Shown in pieces: positions 48,601 through 58,109 of a DNA stretch of 64,000 bases (the first letter of the stretch is position 1; each line of letters begins with the position of its first letter). The stretch lies in the sequence record NC_017969.1; one strand, 5' to 3'. The notes beneath the pieces are model-generated. The model made no database searches and had not been told where the DNA came from. It saw nothing but the letters and a program-made list of their open reading frames with translations. The translations under genes and the position numbers were made by a program. The DNA is from Escherichia phage vB_EcoS_AKFV33.

Positions 48601-49312
48601 GTAGTGATCTAGCAAGGGTCTGAACAGGAGTACCTGTCTGAGTACCTACTATAACACCAAATTTTTCTAGACGATTCAGCTGATCACCTAGTTTAAGTTG
48701 TTCGAATGCAGATTGCAAAACGAAGATGTTGGAAGCAAGAGCTGCGTACATAATAGGTAAACTACCACCGATCTTAGCCATTGCCGCAAAATCACGAGTT
48801 GCACCACGTGCTGAACCAGAAGTATTACCAATAGCTCTAGAAGCTCTACCAGCGGCACCAGCAGTGTCATTAAAACCTCTAGCTGTACCACCTAATGCTC
48901 TATTAGTATCATATAGTCTATCCTGTACTTTTTCTGTTGCAGCTGCAACATCATTACCCATTGTTTTAACAGATCTAGAAACTCCATCGAATCCAATTTC
49001 TAGTTTATCTGTTACTTCAATAAGCTGGATAGCCAGGTAGTCTAGCTTATCACCAATACCATCAATGGATTTAGTGATACCAGCCATACCCCTACTAGCT
49101 TGCATTTTAGTAAGACTTTTCGCTGCTCTGTCTGCTGCCCTCTCAATGGAATAAAGAGTTCTGGGCATTTTACCTAACTGCTCATTTGTCAGTTCGGAAG
49201 CAGCAGCAGCATTTTCCAACGCATCAGATACGTTTTCAATAGACTTTGCAGTACGAGTTGCCCCCTTCTGTTTAACGTCTATTAGTAATTCTCGTATTAG
49301 CTTATCAGTCAT
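45632..49312 (-). CDS. tail tape measure protein (pb2-like)
   Basis: 1226 aa; long Ala/Gln/Lys-rich coiled-coil centre; position upstream of Dit. Confidence 0.85.
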   Translation of the reverse strand: MTDKLIRELLIDVKQKGATRTAKSIENVSDALENAAAASELTNEQLGKMPRTLYSIERAADRAAKSLTKMQASRGMAGITKSIDGIGDKLDYLAIQLIEVTDKLEIGFDGVSRSVKTMGNDVAAATEKVQDRLYDTNRALGGTARGFNDTAGAAGRASRAIGNTSGSARGATRDFAAMAKIGGSLPIMYAALASNIFVLQSAFEQLKLGDQLNRLEKFGVIVGTQTGTPVQTLARSLQEAAGYAISFEEAMRQASSASAYGFDAEQLNKFGLVARRAAAVLGVDMTDALNRVIKGVSKQEIELLDELGVTIRLNDAYADYVKQLNAANTGITYNVNSLTTFQKQQAYANAVIAESTKRFGYLDEVLRATPWEQFAANADAALRKIQQAAAKYLGPVIDAINTVFYTSQASISAEAARAQEKTNRQIDPTNVGAVALSLAASEEGYNKALDMYKESLDKRNKLKSEFDKRMEQADFYTKLAIRQVGEGIPVGLAAAGASEANKQFVAETAAMGLQVTRLGKEVEDSTENLNAWKSAYQAAGAAAAKASPEFQKQINLQRDTTDPGAVYDFNSTVLKGLTEQQKAYNQTKKTASDLANDIQNVAQNTDTAAKTSATLADAIKNIESLSLGTGKSADEYVKNLNLGYNTLSEMKTASQALSEYVKLTGNETKNQLAVQQKIADVYNQTKDKEKAQEAGRRLELQQLEEQEAALRRVLQTNQGNKAVEKEIEKIQLEKLKLTNQGMEAQKKVKDYTDKILGVDREIALLNNRTMTDTQYRLAQLNLELTIEKEKYEWYTKQADKQKEAEQSRRAQAQIEREIWKFRQDQIASMAAGREEEQQRQFTAKPLMGNAERLQEQLKLYEDLKQKTLGNAAAQAEYNKKIAETRAQLAGLRAQRNAEMQASVGSSLGAVYTPTTGLSGEDKDFADMGNRMASYDQAISKLSELNSEATAVAQSMGNLTNAMIQFSMGSLDTTSTIAAGMQTVASMIQYSTSQQVSAIDQAIAAEQKRDGKSEASKAKLKKLEAEKLKIQQDAAKKQIIIQTAVAVMQAATAVPYPFSIPLMVAAGLAGALALAQASSASSMSSIADSGADTTSYLTLGERQKNIDVSMSANAGELSYIRGDQGIGSANSFVPRAEGGNMYPGVSYQMGEHGTEVVTPMVPMKATPNDELKTSSNSTSGRPIILNISAMDAASFREFASSNSGALRDAVELALNENGASLKTLGNS

Positions 49313-49325
49313 GTTTTATTTTTCC

Positions 49326-49360
49326 CAATAAAAAAGGCTCTGGGCAAATCACCCAGAGCC
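49326..49360 (-). terminator. rho-independent terminator immediately upstream of the tape measure start
   Basis: Minus strand: GGCTCTGGG / CCCAGAGCC stem followed by TTTTTTATTGGGAAAAATAAAAC and then the ATG. Confidence 0.7.
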
Positions 49361-49395
49361 AAGCCTCATCGTGGAACGCCCATTGGAGGAAACTT

Positions 49396-49764
49396 TTATC
49401 GTGCACGAGATCTAGCATGTGGCTTAACGTTAGGAATTCTTCCGTTTTGCGGTTTATGCTTCTCAGCACGTTTACGTGCAGCATCTACAGCTTTAGCATC
49501 AAATATATTGATAATGTGTAGAACAAATTCTTTCTCTATAGGATCAGTAATCCCATAAATATCGAATAAAACACCTAGAGCAGCTTTGTCTTTGCCTATA
49601 AATATAGGAAAGTCACCCGGTATGAAACAGTCAACTAGACTGTTATAGATATTCATACTAATAGCTACAATAGGTGGAAAGTCTTCAAGTTCAACAGGCA
49701 TAGCCTTAGGGTCGGGTTCTATACCCATTGACTCACAAAGTATTAAATATTGTTGTTTAGTCAT
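49396..49764 (-). CDS. tail assembly chaperone candidate (T-like segment)
   Basis: 122 aa; immediately upstream of the tape measure gene; weak Shine-Dalgarno; its frame stays open 29 codons upstream of the ATG. Confidence 0.4.
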   Translation of the reverse strand: MTKQQYLILCESMGIEPDPKAMPVELEDFPPIVAISMNIYNSLVDCFIPGDFPIFIGKDKAALGVLFDIYGITDPIEKEFVLHIINIFDAKAVDAARKRAEKHKPQNGRIPNVKPHARSRAR

Positions 49765-49825
49765 TTTAGATGCTGAGCTTTTAATACACTTATCTGCAAA
49801 ATCAGCAACAGCATCTAGTAGTTCT

Positions 49826-50230
49826 TTACGCTTTTGGGCTACGAAAAGTATCTAAGTGGAACACTGTCTGGTTGATCCAAGAATCAAACGCAGCAGAGTT
49901 CTGCATAAGCATTACAGCATTATCACGACTAAAGGGAACTTCAGTAGCGGGATCAGCGTCTGTTTCAATCAGCATCAGTTTTTCAACATCACCAACAGTT
50001 AAGCCAGTCCAGCCTTTAATAGCTGCGTCAATAAATGCTTCAATGAACTTATCATCATCCTGTACCTGAACCAAAGTACCATTAACCCATTCATCGCGTT
50101 TAGCAGAAGAAATAACACGTTTAGAGGTAGCACGAGACATATAGTTAAGTTCTAGTTTAAAATTCGGCATACCTGGGTAGGAAAGAGTAATAGTACGAGT
50201 ATCAAGAGTAATATCTTTTAAATTAATCAT
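49826..50230 (-). CDS. tail assembly chaperone candidate (G-like segment)
   Basis: 134 aa; position between the tail tube region and the tape measure gene. Confidence 0.4.
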   Translation of the reverse strand: MINLKDITLDTRTITLSYPGMPNFKLELNYMSRATSKRVISSAKRDEWVNGTLVQVQDDDKFIEAFIDAAIKGWTGLTVGDVEKLMLIETDADPATEVPFSRDNAVMLMQNSAAFDSWINQTVFHLDTFRSPKA

Positions 50231-51126
50231 TTTTTAATTTCTCCAAAGAAATCTATTCTCACTGGGTCTGAAGAAGCAGTAGGTATAATATCCCACTCAA
50301 CTCTATACACATCTGAGAACTCTAGGCGTTTTGTAATACGTGCTGAAGGAAAATCTATAGAAATATTATTATTTCTTATATTTAAAGGTACATCTGTCTC
50401 CGGTTCGATATTGTAAACCATATCTCCTGCAAAACGTTTTAGGTAATATAGAGAAATGGTTGCCGAAGCATTCATTTCATTTACATAAGCTCTTTTATTA
50501 TTATAAATTTTATTTATATCAAAAACACTCTTATCCTCTCTCCAGGAGCACTGCTGTTGGAAAGACAAAGAGGCAGAAATAAGACCGGGTAAGATGCTGC
50601 CATTAGTAGAAGCTATTACTGGGCTGTAAGACATTACTTCACCCTGTATAATAGAAGAAGCTTCTCTATAGGTAGATACTTCTGAGAATTTCCCAGACTC
50701 AATACCAACATTAAGAATTGGTATATTCTTATCTAAAGAAAAATCTACTGTAGATACATAGCAGTTTTCAAAATATACACAGTTATTATCTTTGTTTACT
50801 ATATAGATATTGAACATAATAGGTTCAATATTACTACTATATAGTGGGAGTAAGAAAGTATTACCTTTTCTATCAAAACCTAACCATTCAAAGAAGTTAG
50901 CTTCAGTAAGAGTATTACTAAAATTTACTGCTAGAGAGATAGAAGAGGGGGTTTGAGCATTTATAATAGAGTCTGCATAGTTAGTTCTACGATGAACAGT
51001 CCTACGAAGAGTCTTGAATTCCTCGTAGGAAGTCTGTATATCATAGTTTGATAGGGCATCAAAATGAAATGCCCTACCATCATACTCAACTATAACTTTT
51101 GACTCTCTCATTAGAGAGTAGTACAT
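50227..51126 (-). CDS. tail protein (collar/p140-like, by synteny)
   Basis: 299 aa; directly downstream of the tail tube gene. Confidence 0.4.
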   Translation of the reverse strand: MYYSLMRESKVIVEYDGRAFHFDALSNYDIQTSYEEFKTLRRTVHRRTNYADSIINAQTPSSISLAVNFSNTLTEANFFEWLGFDRKGNTFLLPLYSSNIEPIMFNIYIVNKDNNCVYFENCYVSTVDFSLDKNIPILNVGIESGKFSEVSTYREASSIIQGEVMSYSPVIASTNGSILPGLISASLSFQQQCSWREDKSVFDINKIYNNKRAYVNEMNASATISLYYLKRFAGDMVYNIEPETDVPLNIRNNNISIDFPSARITKRLEFSDVYRVEWDIIPTASSDPVRIDFFGEIKK

Positions 51127-51130
51127 TTAA

Positions 51131-52528
51131 TTAGCCACCTGCTGTTACAGTAATCTGTTTAGTACCTTTAACTCCAGAACCATCTTTAGCAGTAGCTTCT
51201 ACAGTTACTTCACCAGTTTTAGTGGTGTCCGCAGTTAATAGGCCAGATTCTGGATCAATTGTGGCTGCATCACCGGCGGTGATAGCCCAAGTAACCTCCT
51301 TATTCTTTGCAGAAGAAGGAGTAACTTCAACACTCATTTGAAGAGTAGCCGAGTTGTTTACTGTAGTAGTATCACCAGCAGATTTAACAGTAATTGCGGT
51401 TACAGCATTAGTAGCACCATCACCATTAACAATCAAGTTATTAATAGTTGTTTTGGTATATTTACTAGAGAAGCCTAAGTAACCTTCATCACCAGCATCC
51501 AGATCAGATGGAATAGCTTTAAATTCTACTGAAGTACCAAGTACATCATCAGTTTCAATAGTAGGAATATTAACGTGTGCTTGTTTAGCTACTAGAATAG
51601 CCGCAGGACGTTCTTCATCGTATTCACCACCAAGTACTAGAGCAATTTCGAAGCGGTTAACTACCTTCAGAGTTTTGATAAGATCTTTATACAGCTCCAT
51701 AGAACCAAGAGATTTATCATTCAGATAAGCAGTTAATGAACCAGTTAGTTCAAATGCGCCAGTAAATGAACCGATCGGAATATTCACACGGGACATAATA
51801 TTCGGGGTTAGGTACGTGATGTTGTTATTAATAGTGAAAGTACCACCAGTAATAGGAATATCATATGCTTTACCAGAATCCATATCCTTAATTTTCAGGA
51901 TAGTAAGTTTGTTCTTAATATAAGAACTCTGGATAGTCATATAAGTTTCATCATCAATACCTAATTCATCTGGGTCAAATGGTTGCGCATCCAGAGGAAT
52001 AAGCTGATTACCATTACCAGACCAAGTTACACGACCAATATCCTCAATATCAACGTTAACTTCTGCCTGATTAATCTGACATGAATCGATATAACTCCAT
52101 GCTTTATCAGTCAGAATATAAATATGTAACATTGCTAACTCGTGATAAGAGTTATCTTTGAAGTTAACCATAAAGTTAGCTTCGTTATTGTGTGCCCCTG
52201 TATTACCTTCTAAGTTAATAGCTTTACCACTAGAAAGTGCATGCCATAACATATAGTCAGGAACGATTTGCTTCTGATCCTCTTTATTGATATAGGGCAG
52301 GATGTAAGTAGAGAAACTCCACTCAGCTGCGTTTAAAGAGTCATTAAAACGTTTAGAACCACGAGTTGGACGCGGACCAGCTTCATTAACAGTAATATCT
52401 GTTGAGTTACTGTCCTGACCCCAAGAAATATCATCCTGAACTAGAATCTCTTGCGTGTTGGTCTTATTATGACCAGTCTTAACCGTAGACACGAAGATTC
52501 GAGTATTACGTAATAGTTGTAAAGACAT
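51131..52528 (-). CDS. major tail tube protein (pb6-like) with C-terminal Ig-like domain
   Basis: 465 aa; C-terminal Big_2-like segment (TAITVKSAGDTTTVNNSATLQMSVEVTPS...KEVTWAI); high-expression codon usage. Confidence 0.7.
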   Translation of the reverse strand: MSLQLLRNTRIFVSTVKTGHNKTNTQEILVQDDISWGQDSNSTDITVNEAGPRPTRGSKRFNDSLNAAEWSFSTYILPYINKEDQKQIVPDYMLWHALSSGKAINLEGNTGAHNNEANFMVNFKDNSYHELAMLHIYILTDKAWSYIDSCQINQAEVNVDIEDIGRVTWSGNGNQLIPLDAQPFDPDELGIDDETYMTIQSSYIKNKLTILKIKDMDSGKAYDIPITGGTFTINNNITYLTPNIMSRVNIPIGSFTGAFELTGSLTAYLNDKSLGSMELYKDLIKTLKVVNRFEIALVLGGEYDEERPAAILVAKQAHVNIPTIETDDVLGTSVEFKAIPSDLDAGDEGYLGFSSKYTKTTINNLIVNGDGATNAVTAITVKSAGDTTTVNNSATLQMSVEVTPSSAKNKEVTWAITAGDAATIDPESGLLTADTTKTGEVTVEATAKDGSGVKGTKQITVTAGG

Positions 52529-52554
52529 TTAATTATTTTCTCCTAATCTGTAAC

Positions 52555-53040
52555 TTATCTGCGAAGTGACCTACGTGGAGGCTGATACCTCACTGTTACA
52601 TTTATTTCTGCTAAACCATATGGGGCCAGTAGACCCTCATCTGTACTAACTGATGTAATGATCATATCAGTTGCCTCACATGGGAAGGTCGATCCATTAG
52701 GTTTACTAACAGTATATTCTAAATTTCCACCTGTGTCAATAACGGTTTTTATATCCGCTACGAGTTTTTCAAGTTGCTCTTGAATGTCTGTTTTCTCTTT
52801 ATCATACACCAGGATAGGAAGTTCTAAAAACATCCACTGTTGACCTGAGGGAAGATACTGCCCAGTTTCAGTTCCGATATGAACTGCCACATAAGGAAAC
52901 TCTCGTATTTCCTCAAATTTATAAGTTTGACGAGAAACGTTTCCATATAGGTTATTAAAATATTCGTCAGGTTGAGAACCGTCCAACTGTTTAGATATAC
53001 GGTCAACCAGAGCTTGTGCAATACTTGTTCTATGATCCAT
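52555..53040 (-). CDS. tail terminator / tail completion protein candidate
   Basis: 161 aa; position between head-completion genes and the tail tube. Confidence 0.35.
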   Translation of the reverse strand: MDHRTSIAQALVDRISKQLDGSQPDEYFNNLYGNVSRQTYKFEEIREFPYVAVHIGTETGQYLPSGQQWMFLELPILVYDKEKTDIQEQLEKLVADIKTVIDTGGNLEYTVSKPNGSTFPCEATDMIITSVSTDEGLLAPYGLAEINVTVRYQPPRRSLRR

Positions 53041-53043
53041 TTA

Positions 53044-53811
53044 TTAGGTTCCTTGATTAACCTTGATTTTATATCTAGAGTGAATCAGGTCTCTTGCAGC
53101 TTTTGCTATAGCCTCACCAATAAGTTTTTGTGGGTTTCTAGCACCTGGGTAGGGTCGTAAAGATAATCTTCTATATGTAGATACTGCTGGATTAAATACA
53201 GAATATGGACGTACCATATAATTATACGTCACGTTTAGTTCGGGGGCACCTTTACTAGTCTCTGCATCCCTAAGCATAACATCTTTAATTTTTAGAGAAT
53301 TTGCAAATCTACCAGTTCTAAACTTTAATGGCGCTCCTGCCTTTTTCATATCTTTTATCAAATATTCCTTAGCAACTATTTCAAGAATAGTACGCATATT
53401 ACTATTTGATACAAAACGACCGGAAGCACCTGTTACTGCACCAGAATAACCATCTTCCACATCTCTAGGATCACCGAAGTTTACCTGTACTCTACCTGTA
53501 GAACGTTTTTTACCTACAGCAGATTTTTTACCAGCGGTTGCTTGTATTAAGTTCTCTAGAGCACCTAAATCTCCCGAAAGATCTAAACTAGAGGATACCG
53601 CTTTTAGTATAGAGGCTGTTCTAACATCAAGAAGATCTTGTGATACGGGTTTTGAAAACTTAAAAGATACTTGAGCAACAGTACCATCTCTGGTAGGATC
53701 TTTCAGTCCTGTTTCAACAGAATATACAACAGTATTCTTATTGTTCTCGGAACGCCCAACATTATCTAGCTGCTCCTTAATAATTTGTGTAGCTAAATCA
53801 GAAAGAGACAT
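53044..53811 (-). CDS. head-tail joining protein candidate
   Basis: 255 aa; synteny only. Confidence 0.3.
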   Translation of the reverse strand: MSLSDLATQIIKEQLDNVGRSENNKNTVVYSVETGLKDPTRDGTVAQVSFKFSKPVSQDLLDVRTASILKAVSSSLDLSGDLGALENLIQATAGKKSAVGKKRSTGRVQVNFGDPRDVEDGYSGAVTGASGRFVSNSNMRTILEIVAKEYLIKDMKKAGAPLKFRTGRFANSLKIKDVMLRDAETSKGAPELNVTYNYMVRPYSVFNPAVSTYRRLSLRPYPGARNPQKLIGEAIAKAARDLIHSRYKIKVNQGT

Positions 53812-54323
53812 TATACTCTCCTGTAAACTTCAATAATAGTACGAATATGCTCTGGAATACCAGACTTAGTATTATTAAAAGTAACTGTTTCTCCGCCAAT
53901 TGTTTTAGCTTGACGGTAATCCTGTTTATGCCAATGATCTACTAGCATACATGCTGCAAGTTTGAGATCCTCAGGTATTGGATTAAATCCACCTTGTGTG
54001 TATTCTACATCCATATAACCTTCTGGAGGATTAAATTTGAGAAGGATAATACCGTCAGAGTATAGCTTATACTGCTCTGGGTCAATCTCATTATCGTTAA
54101 TCGTCACTTTAGTTACGGAGGTAGCAGATGGTGAACTAAGAAAATATTTCCTACGTGTAGGTTTTGTATTGATTAACTGATCTACCGCATCAGCATCATC
54201 CATGCCTAGAAGGCTCGTAATCAGCGCATTGGCAGCAGTAATCATCATTTCTACACCAGACTCTAATTCAGGTCGTTTTAAACTACCGTATAATCTATAA
54301 TCTTCGGCTGTGATGATTTGCAT
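53811..54323 (-). CDS. head completion / adaptor protein candidate
   Basis: 170 aa; begins 10 nt after a terminator that follows the capsid gene. Confidence 0.3.
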   Translation of the reverse strand: MQIITAEDYRLYGSLKRPELESGVEMMITAANALITSLLGMDDADAVDQLINTKPTRRKYFLSSPSATSVTKVTINDNEIDPEQYKLYSDGIILLKFNPPEGYMDVEYTQGGFNPIPEDLKLAACMLVDHWHKQDYRQAKTIGGETVTFNNTKSGIPEHIRTIIEVYRRV

Positions 54324-54333
54324 TTATTTTTCC

Positions 54334-54362
54334 CAATAAAAAAGGAGAGCCGAAGCTCTCCT
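54334..54362 (-). terminator. rho-independent terminator after the major capsid gene
   Basis: Minus strand: AGGAGAGC-TTCG-GCTCTCCT followed by TTTTTTATTGGGAAAAATAA and then ATG. Confidence 0.8.
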
Positions 54363-54382
54363 TATCGGCTGAAAAGCCTGTA

Positions 54383-55759
54383 TTAAGATGCAGCGTAAGC
54401 ACCAGATACAACGCCATTACTAAAGTAACGTTGCAGGTTAACACGCTGAGTAACGTAGTACGCATCACGCTGTTTACCAGCTTGACGCTCACGTTCAACA
54501 GTAACAGCACGCTGACGAGGCATTACAAAGTTATCTTTGTAAACAATAACTGCGAACTCTTTATCTGCTGCTTTAGCTGGGAAATACTCAGAAACTACAA
54601 CCGGAAGACCGTAAATACGACCAACCTGACCTTGCAGTTTAACAGCATCATTACCAACCTGTGCAACATCCTGCCATTCTTCATCTTCCAGCAGATCGTA
54701 GTAAGCATCCATAGATACGATCAGTACCAGTTTGCTCAGTTTCAGACCATGACGGCCCAGTTTACGACGCAGTTTAGAAATGGTTTTAGCAGTTACTAGT
54801 ACAGAACCATCAGCTTTAGCTTCGGTGGTAACTTTAGCACTATCTTCACTAGCCAGAGTCAACAGACCTTTCGGCTGACCAGTACCATTACCAGTCATAA
54901 ACGCTTCTTCGATAGAAACGGCATGTGCTTCGATCAGACGCTTACGCAGCAGAGGCAGCAGGGAGAAGATTGCATCTTCTTCAGTTTCATCAGTGATGAA
55001 GGACTTAGCAGCCAGCTTGTAAGTTTTGAAACTAATCTCAGTCAGAGTACCTTTAACTTCGTCACCAACAGTTTCGTCAGTACCGAATTTGGAAGCATCT
55101 ACCCAAGTAGCTTTTCCAGCTTCTGGTTCAACGAGCATAGTAAGAATTTTGCTGGACATTGGCAGCTCATCGAACAGTGCACCAACTACTAATTCTTTCT
55201 GCAGATCACGGATAATACGGGTGGAAAAGATGGTTTCGTATGCTTCGCTAGACATAGAAACAGAAGAAGAACCATTAACAGCCTTAACGTGGGCTTTACC
55301 ATGCTCAGTTTCGAATACATCCTTCTCCATCATATAGGACAGAAGAACTAGTTTTTCAACTTCGTCTTCGAAAGCTTCCTGAGTACCATACAGTGCTTTA
55401 GCTACGCTATCACCAACGAAGGAACGACCTTCACGAGCTGCTAGCAGAGATTTGATTTCGTCCTGAAGACCAACAATAGTTTCCTGCTGTTTTTCTACAG
55501 TCTGTGCAAACAGTTCTGCGCTCTTCTTGGATTTTTCATCCAGGGATTTAACCAGTTCCAGAGCTTCTTCTAGCTTCTGACGATCTTCGCCAACTGCTTT
55601 AGAAACCAGATCATTCATACGAGCCAGTTCTTTTTCTTCCTGCTCTTTACGCATACGTTCAGCTTCAGCAGCTTTCTGAGCAGCAGTAAGACCTTCCAGA
55701 GATTTAGCCAGATCACCCAGACCAAGTTCTTCTTTCAGCTTATTAATATCAATAGTCAT
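54383..55759 (-). CDS. major capsid protein precursor (pb8-like) with N-terminal scaffold-like delta domain
   Basis: 458 aa; N-terminal ~120 aa strongly coiled-coil and charged, consistent with a fused scaffold domain; high-expression codon usage. Confidence 0.8.
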   Translation of the reverse strand: MTIDINKLKEELGLGDLAKSLEGLTAAQKAAEAERMRKEQEEKELARMNDLVSKAVGEDRQKLEEALELVKSLDEKSKKSAELFAQTVEKQQETIVGLQDEIKSLLAAREGRSFVGDSVAKALYGTQEAFEDEVEKLVLLSYMMEKDVFETEHGKAHVKAVNGSSSVSMSSEAYETIFSTRIIRDLQKELVVGALFDELPMSSKILTMLVEPEAGKATWVDASKFGTDETVGDEVKGTLTEISFKTYKLAAKSFITDETEEDAIFSLLPLLRKRLIEAHAVSIEEAFMTGNGTGQPKGLLTLASEDSAKVTTEAKADGSVLVTAKTISKLRRKLGRHGLKLSKLVLIVSMDAYYDLLEDEEWQDVAQVGNDAVKLQGQVGRIYGLPVVVSEYFPAKAADKEFAVIVYKDNFVMPRQRAVTVERERQAGKQRDAYYVTQRVNLQRYFSNGVVSGAYAAS

Positions 55760-55776
55760 TTTTAAATAATTCTCCG

Positions 55777-56409
55777 TTATTCTTTAACGTAGCCTAAAGC
55801 TATCGCAAGTTTTTCTAGTTCAGAAAGATTACGTTCTTGAGCTGGGACAGCTTTAGAACTTATTGCAGTAAAAGATTTACGCCATTCAGTATAATCATGA
55901 CCATTCATGCTCTTAGCGAGATTGAATGTTGAGTCCTGATTACAAGGTACAGAAACTACCGAAACTTCGTATAGTTCTAAATCTTTAATAATAAATATAT
56001 CAGTAGCTTCATCCCATTCTGCATCTAGGCAGCGGAATCCGATACTAAAAGTTTTCAGTACACCGTTTTTAATTAGTGAAAAGATGGCCGGGTCAGAACT
56101 CTCATAGATCTCGCATTCGATTTCGAGACCCATTTCAGTAGGATTAAGATCAATACACTTGCCGATTGGACGACGATGGTCGTGTCCAAAAAGAATAATC
56201 GGGTTTTTCATGTAGTTAGCAAGTGCATTAGATGTTTTCCACGCAGAAGCAGGAATTACATCACCAGCGCGATCTTTACTAATTGTATTAGCGAATCCAC
56301 GGATTTTTACAACACCCTCTTTGGATTCGCTATCAATAGATTTAATATAAGCATCTAAATGAACGGGTGCTGATTTTAACTTGTTATAGTCAATAGCAGC
56401 TTGTGTCAT
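55777..56409 (-). CDS. prohead maturation protease candidate (pb11-like)
   Basis: 210 aa; located between the decoration/portal genes and the capsid gene. Confidence 0.55.
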   Translation of the reverse strand: MTQAAIDYNKLKSAPVHLDAYIKSIDSESKEGVVKIRGFANTISKDRAGDVIPASAWKTSNALANYMKNPIILFGHDHRRPIGKCIDLNPTEMGLEIECEIYESSDPAIFSLIKNGVLKTFSIGFRCLDAEWDEATDIFIIKDLELYEVSVVSVPCNQDSTFNLAKSMNGHDYTEWRKSFTAISSKAVPAQERNLSELEKLAIALGYVKE

Positions 56410-56412
56410 TTA

Positions 56413-56895
56413 TTAGCCTCCAACCCCAGGGTTAACTGTCACAGTACACGCAGTAGAATCCTTACTTACTCGCTTACTATCTGTTACAGTTACTTTATAA
56501 GAGCCGGCATCCTCAGCTGCTGCTGTAGGCTTAGTATAGGTAGCTCCTGAAGCATCCGGAATAGGAGAACCATCTTTAGTCCATGCATAAGTATATGGAC
56601 CAGTACCACCAGTTGCAGTAACAGAAAGTGTTAATGCTGCTCCCTCTTCAACGGACATGCTAGCAATTAAATCTTTAGAAAGAGTTAATGGTGGAGCAGG
56701 AGGAACTGCTTTACCATATGCCTCTACAAATTTCTTCCATACTTTGCGGTTAGTATGCGCAGATGAAAGTCCTAATTCTCTACGCAGAAAAGCATAGCTA
56801 GGAACATATTTATGCGCAGCAACCGTAGCAAAGAAGATATGAGATTCTGGTAGTTTTTCACCAAAAATGGTCTTTAGACCACTATAATCAATCAT
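56413..56895 (-). CDS. capsid decoration protein with Ig-like domain (pb10-like)
   Basis: 160 aa; C-terminal Ig-like segment TLSVTATGGTGPYTYAWTKDGSPI. Confidence 0.6.
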   Translation of the reverse strand: MIDYSGLKTIFGEKLPESHIFFATVAAHKYVPSYAFLRRELGLSSAHTNRKVWKKFVEAYGKAVPPAPPLTLSKDLIASMSVEEGAALTLSVTATGGTGPYTYAWTKDGSPIPDASGATYTKPTAAAEDAGSYKVTVTDSKRVSKDSTACTVTVNPGVGG

Positions 56896-58109
56896 TCTTT
56901 ATCTCCCTCGGTGGAACCTTGAGGTCTACCACCTTCTTGACCGGATACGCCTGTTGCAGAACCAGCGACGTTAGCAGGAATACGAATCTTACTCATCTGC
57001 TCATCATCTAAAGGCTCAAGGTTCAGCTCTAAACGAGCTTCGTTACCAGTTATAATACCATTATTAACCAATGAGGTTAAATGTTTAGCCTCAGATTCTT
57101 TATCTGGTGTTAATGCAGCTACTTCCTTAGTATTAGGAGTAATCTTATAACCAAAAAAGAAAGTAAGAGAACTAGTCAGTTTGTTCAGCATAGGAATGAT
57201 AGTCATATAATAGAACAATTCGATGTTTGGTCGAATATTCGCATTATTACCACCATCAAGCAGTACTTGCGGAACTCCAAAGGCTAGACAAATAGATTTA
57301 TTAAATCCTTCGATGTCTTCCTTAAAGTCTAGATCTTTAAAAGAGGATATTTGGGAGTACGGTTTAGCTTTCATACCACCATCTAGAATCAGGACAGAAG
57401 ACTGACCAGTACTAGGATTATAATCGAGTTGTAATTCTTCTTGTTTACGCTCACGCAATTTCTTGTTCAGGATTTCATCCGTCTCAAGAATAAGACCAAT
57501 CACGGTTCCGTTATCTAGGAATTTCTCTTTAAAGTTAAGCATCTTAGAACGCTTTTCAAGAGAATCAATAACAGTAGCAACACGAGATTGTCCAGAAATT
57601 TGAGAATTTGTGCCACACACGTAACTGTTATCCTTTATAAAGATAATCTCATCTACGCGATAGTCTATCTGATTATTAAATATAAACTTTTTGATAAACT
57701 TATTGGCATCTGCCTCGACCTGCATAAGAGCAGCCGGGACATGGTAAAGCGATGTGCCATCCCAATAGATGTATGCACAACCTTCAAAAAGTAGGTCAGT
57801 GACTACAAGTCTACGGAATGTGCTTATATCCATGAATGGATTAGGTCGTACATTTAAGAGAGTGTCTAGAGTCTTTGTTTTGACGCCATTAGCGTACGTA
57901 ACAATATTATATTTATCTCCGACAGTATAAGAACACTCCGCCGCACTATCTATAACCATATTAGCAGTTCTATTGAGAATCTCAATTTTACTGTAGGCTT
58001 GTCCAGTGGTAAAAGGCTTACGGTTAGTGCGATGACTAACTGGTTCCATGTCTCTTATAATACGTTGACCCGGATTTAACTTTTCAGTAATCCAGCTTTT
58101 TAAACCCAT
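56892..58109 (-). CDS. portal protein (pb7-like)
   Basis: 405 aa; upstream of the decoration, protease and capsid genes. Confidence 0.65.
   Translation of the reverse strand: MGLKSWITEKLNPGQRIIRDMEPVSHRTNRKPFTTGQAYSKIEILNRTANMVIDSAAECSYTVGDKYNIVTYANGVKTKTLDTLLNVRPNPFMDISTFRRLVVTDLLFEGCAYIYWDGTSLYHVPAALMQVEADANKFIKKFIFNNQIDYRVDEIIFIKDNSYVCGTNSQISGQSRVATVIDSLEKRSKMLNFKEKFLDNGTVIGLILETDEILNKKLRERKQEELQLDYNPSTGQSSVLILDGGMKAKPYSQISSFKDLDFKEDIEGFNKSICLAFGVPQVLLDGGNNANIRPNIELFYYMTIIPMLNKLTSSLTFFFGYKITPNTKEVAALTPDKESEAKHLTSLVNNGIITGNEARLELNLEPLDDEQMSKIRIPANVAGSATGVSGQEGGRPQGSTEGDKE

Noticed and set aside
49826-49850. CCCAAAA heptamer as a classical -1 frameshift site
   Set aside because: A -1 shift there hits a stop after 5 codons and does not reach the downstream ORF; only a +1/-2 event could fuse the two.
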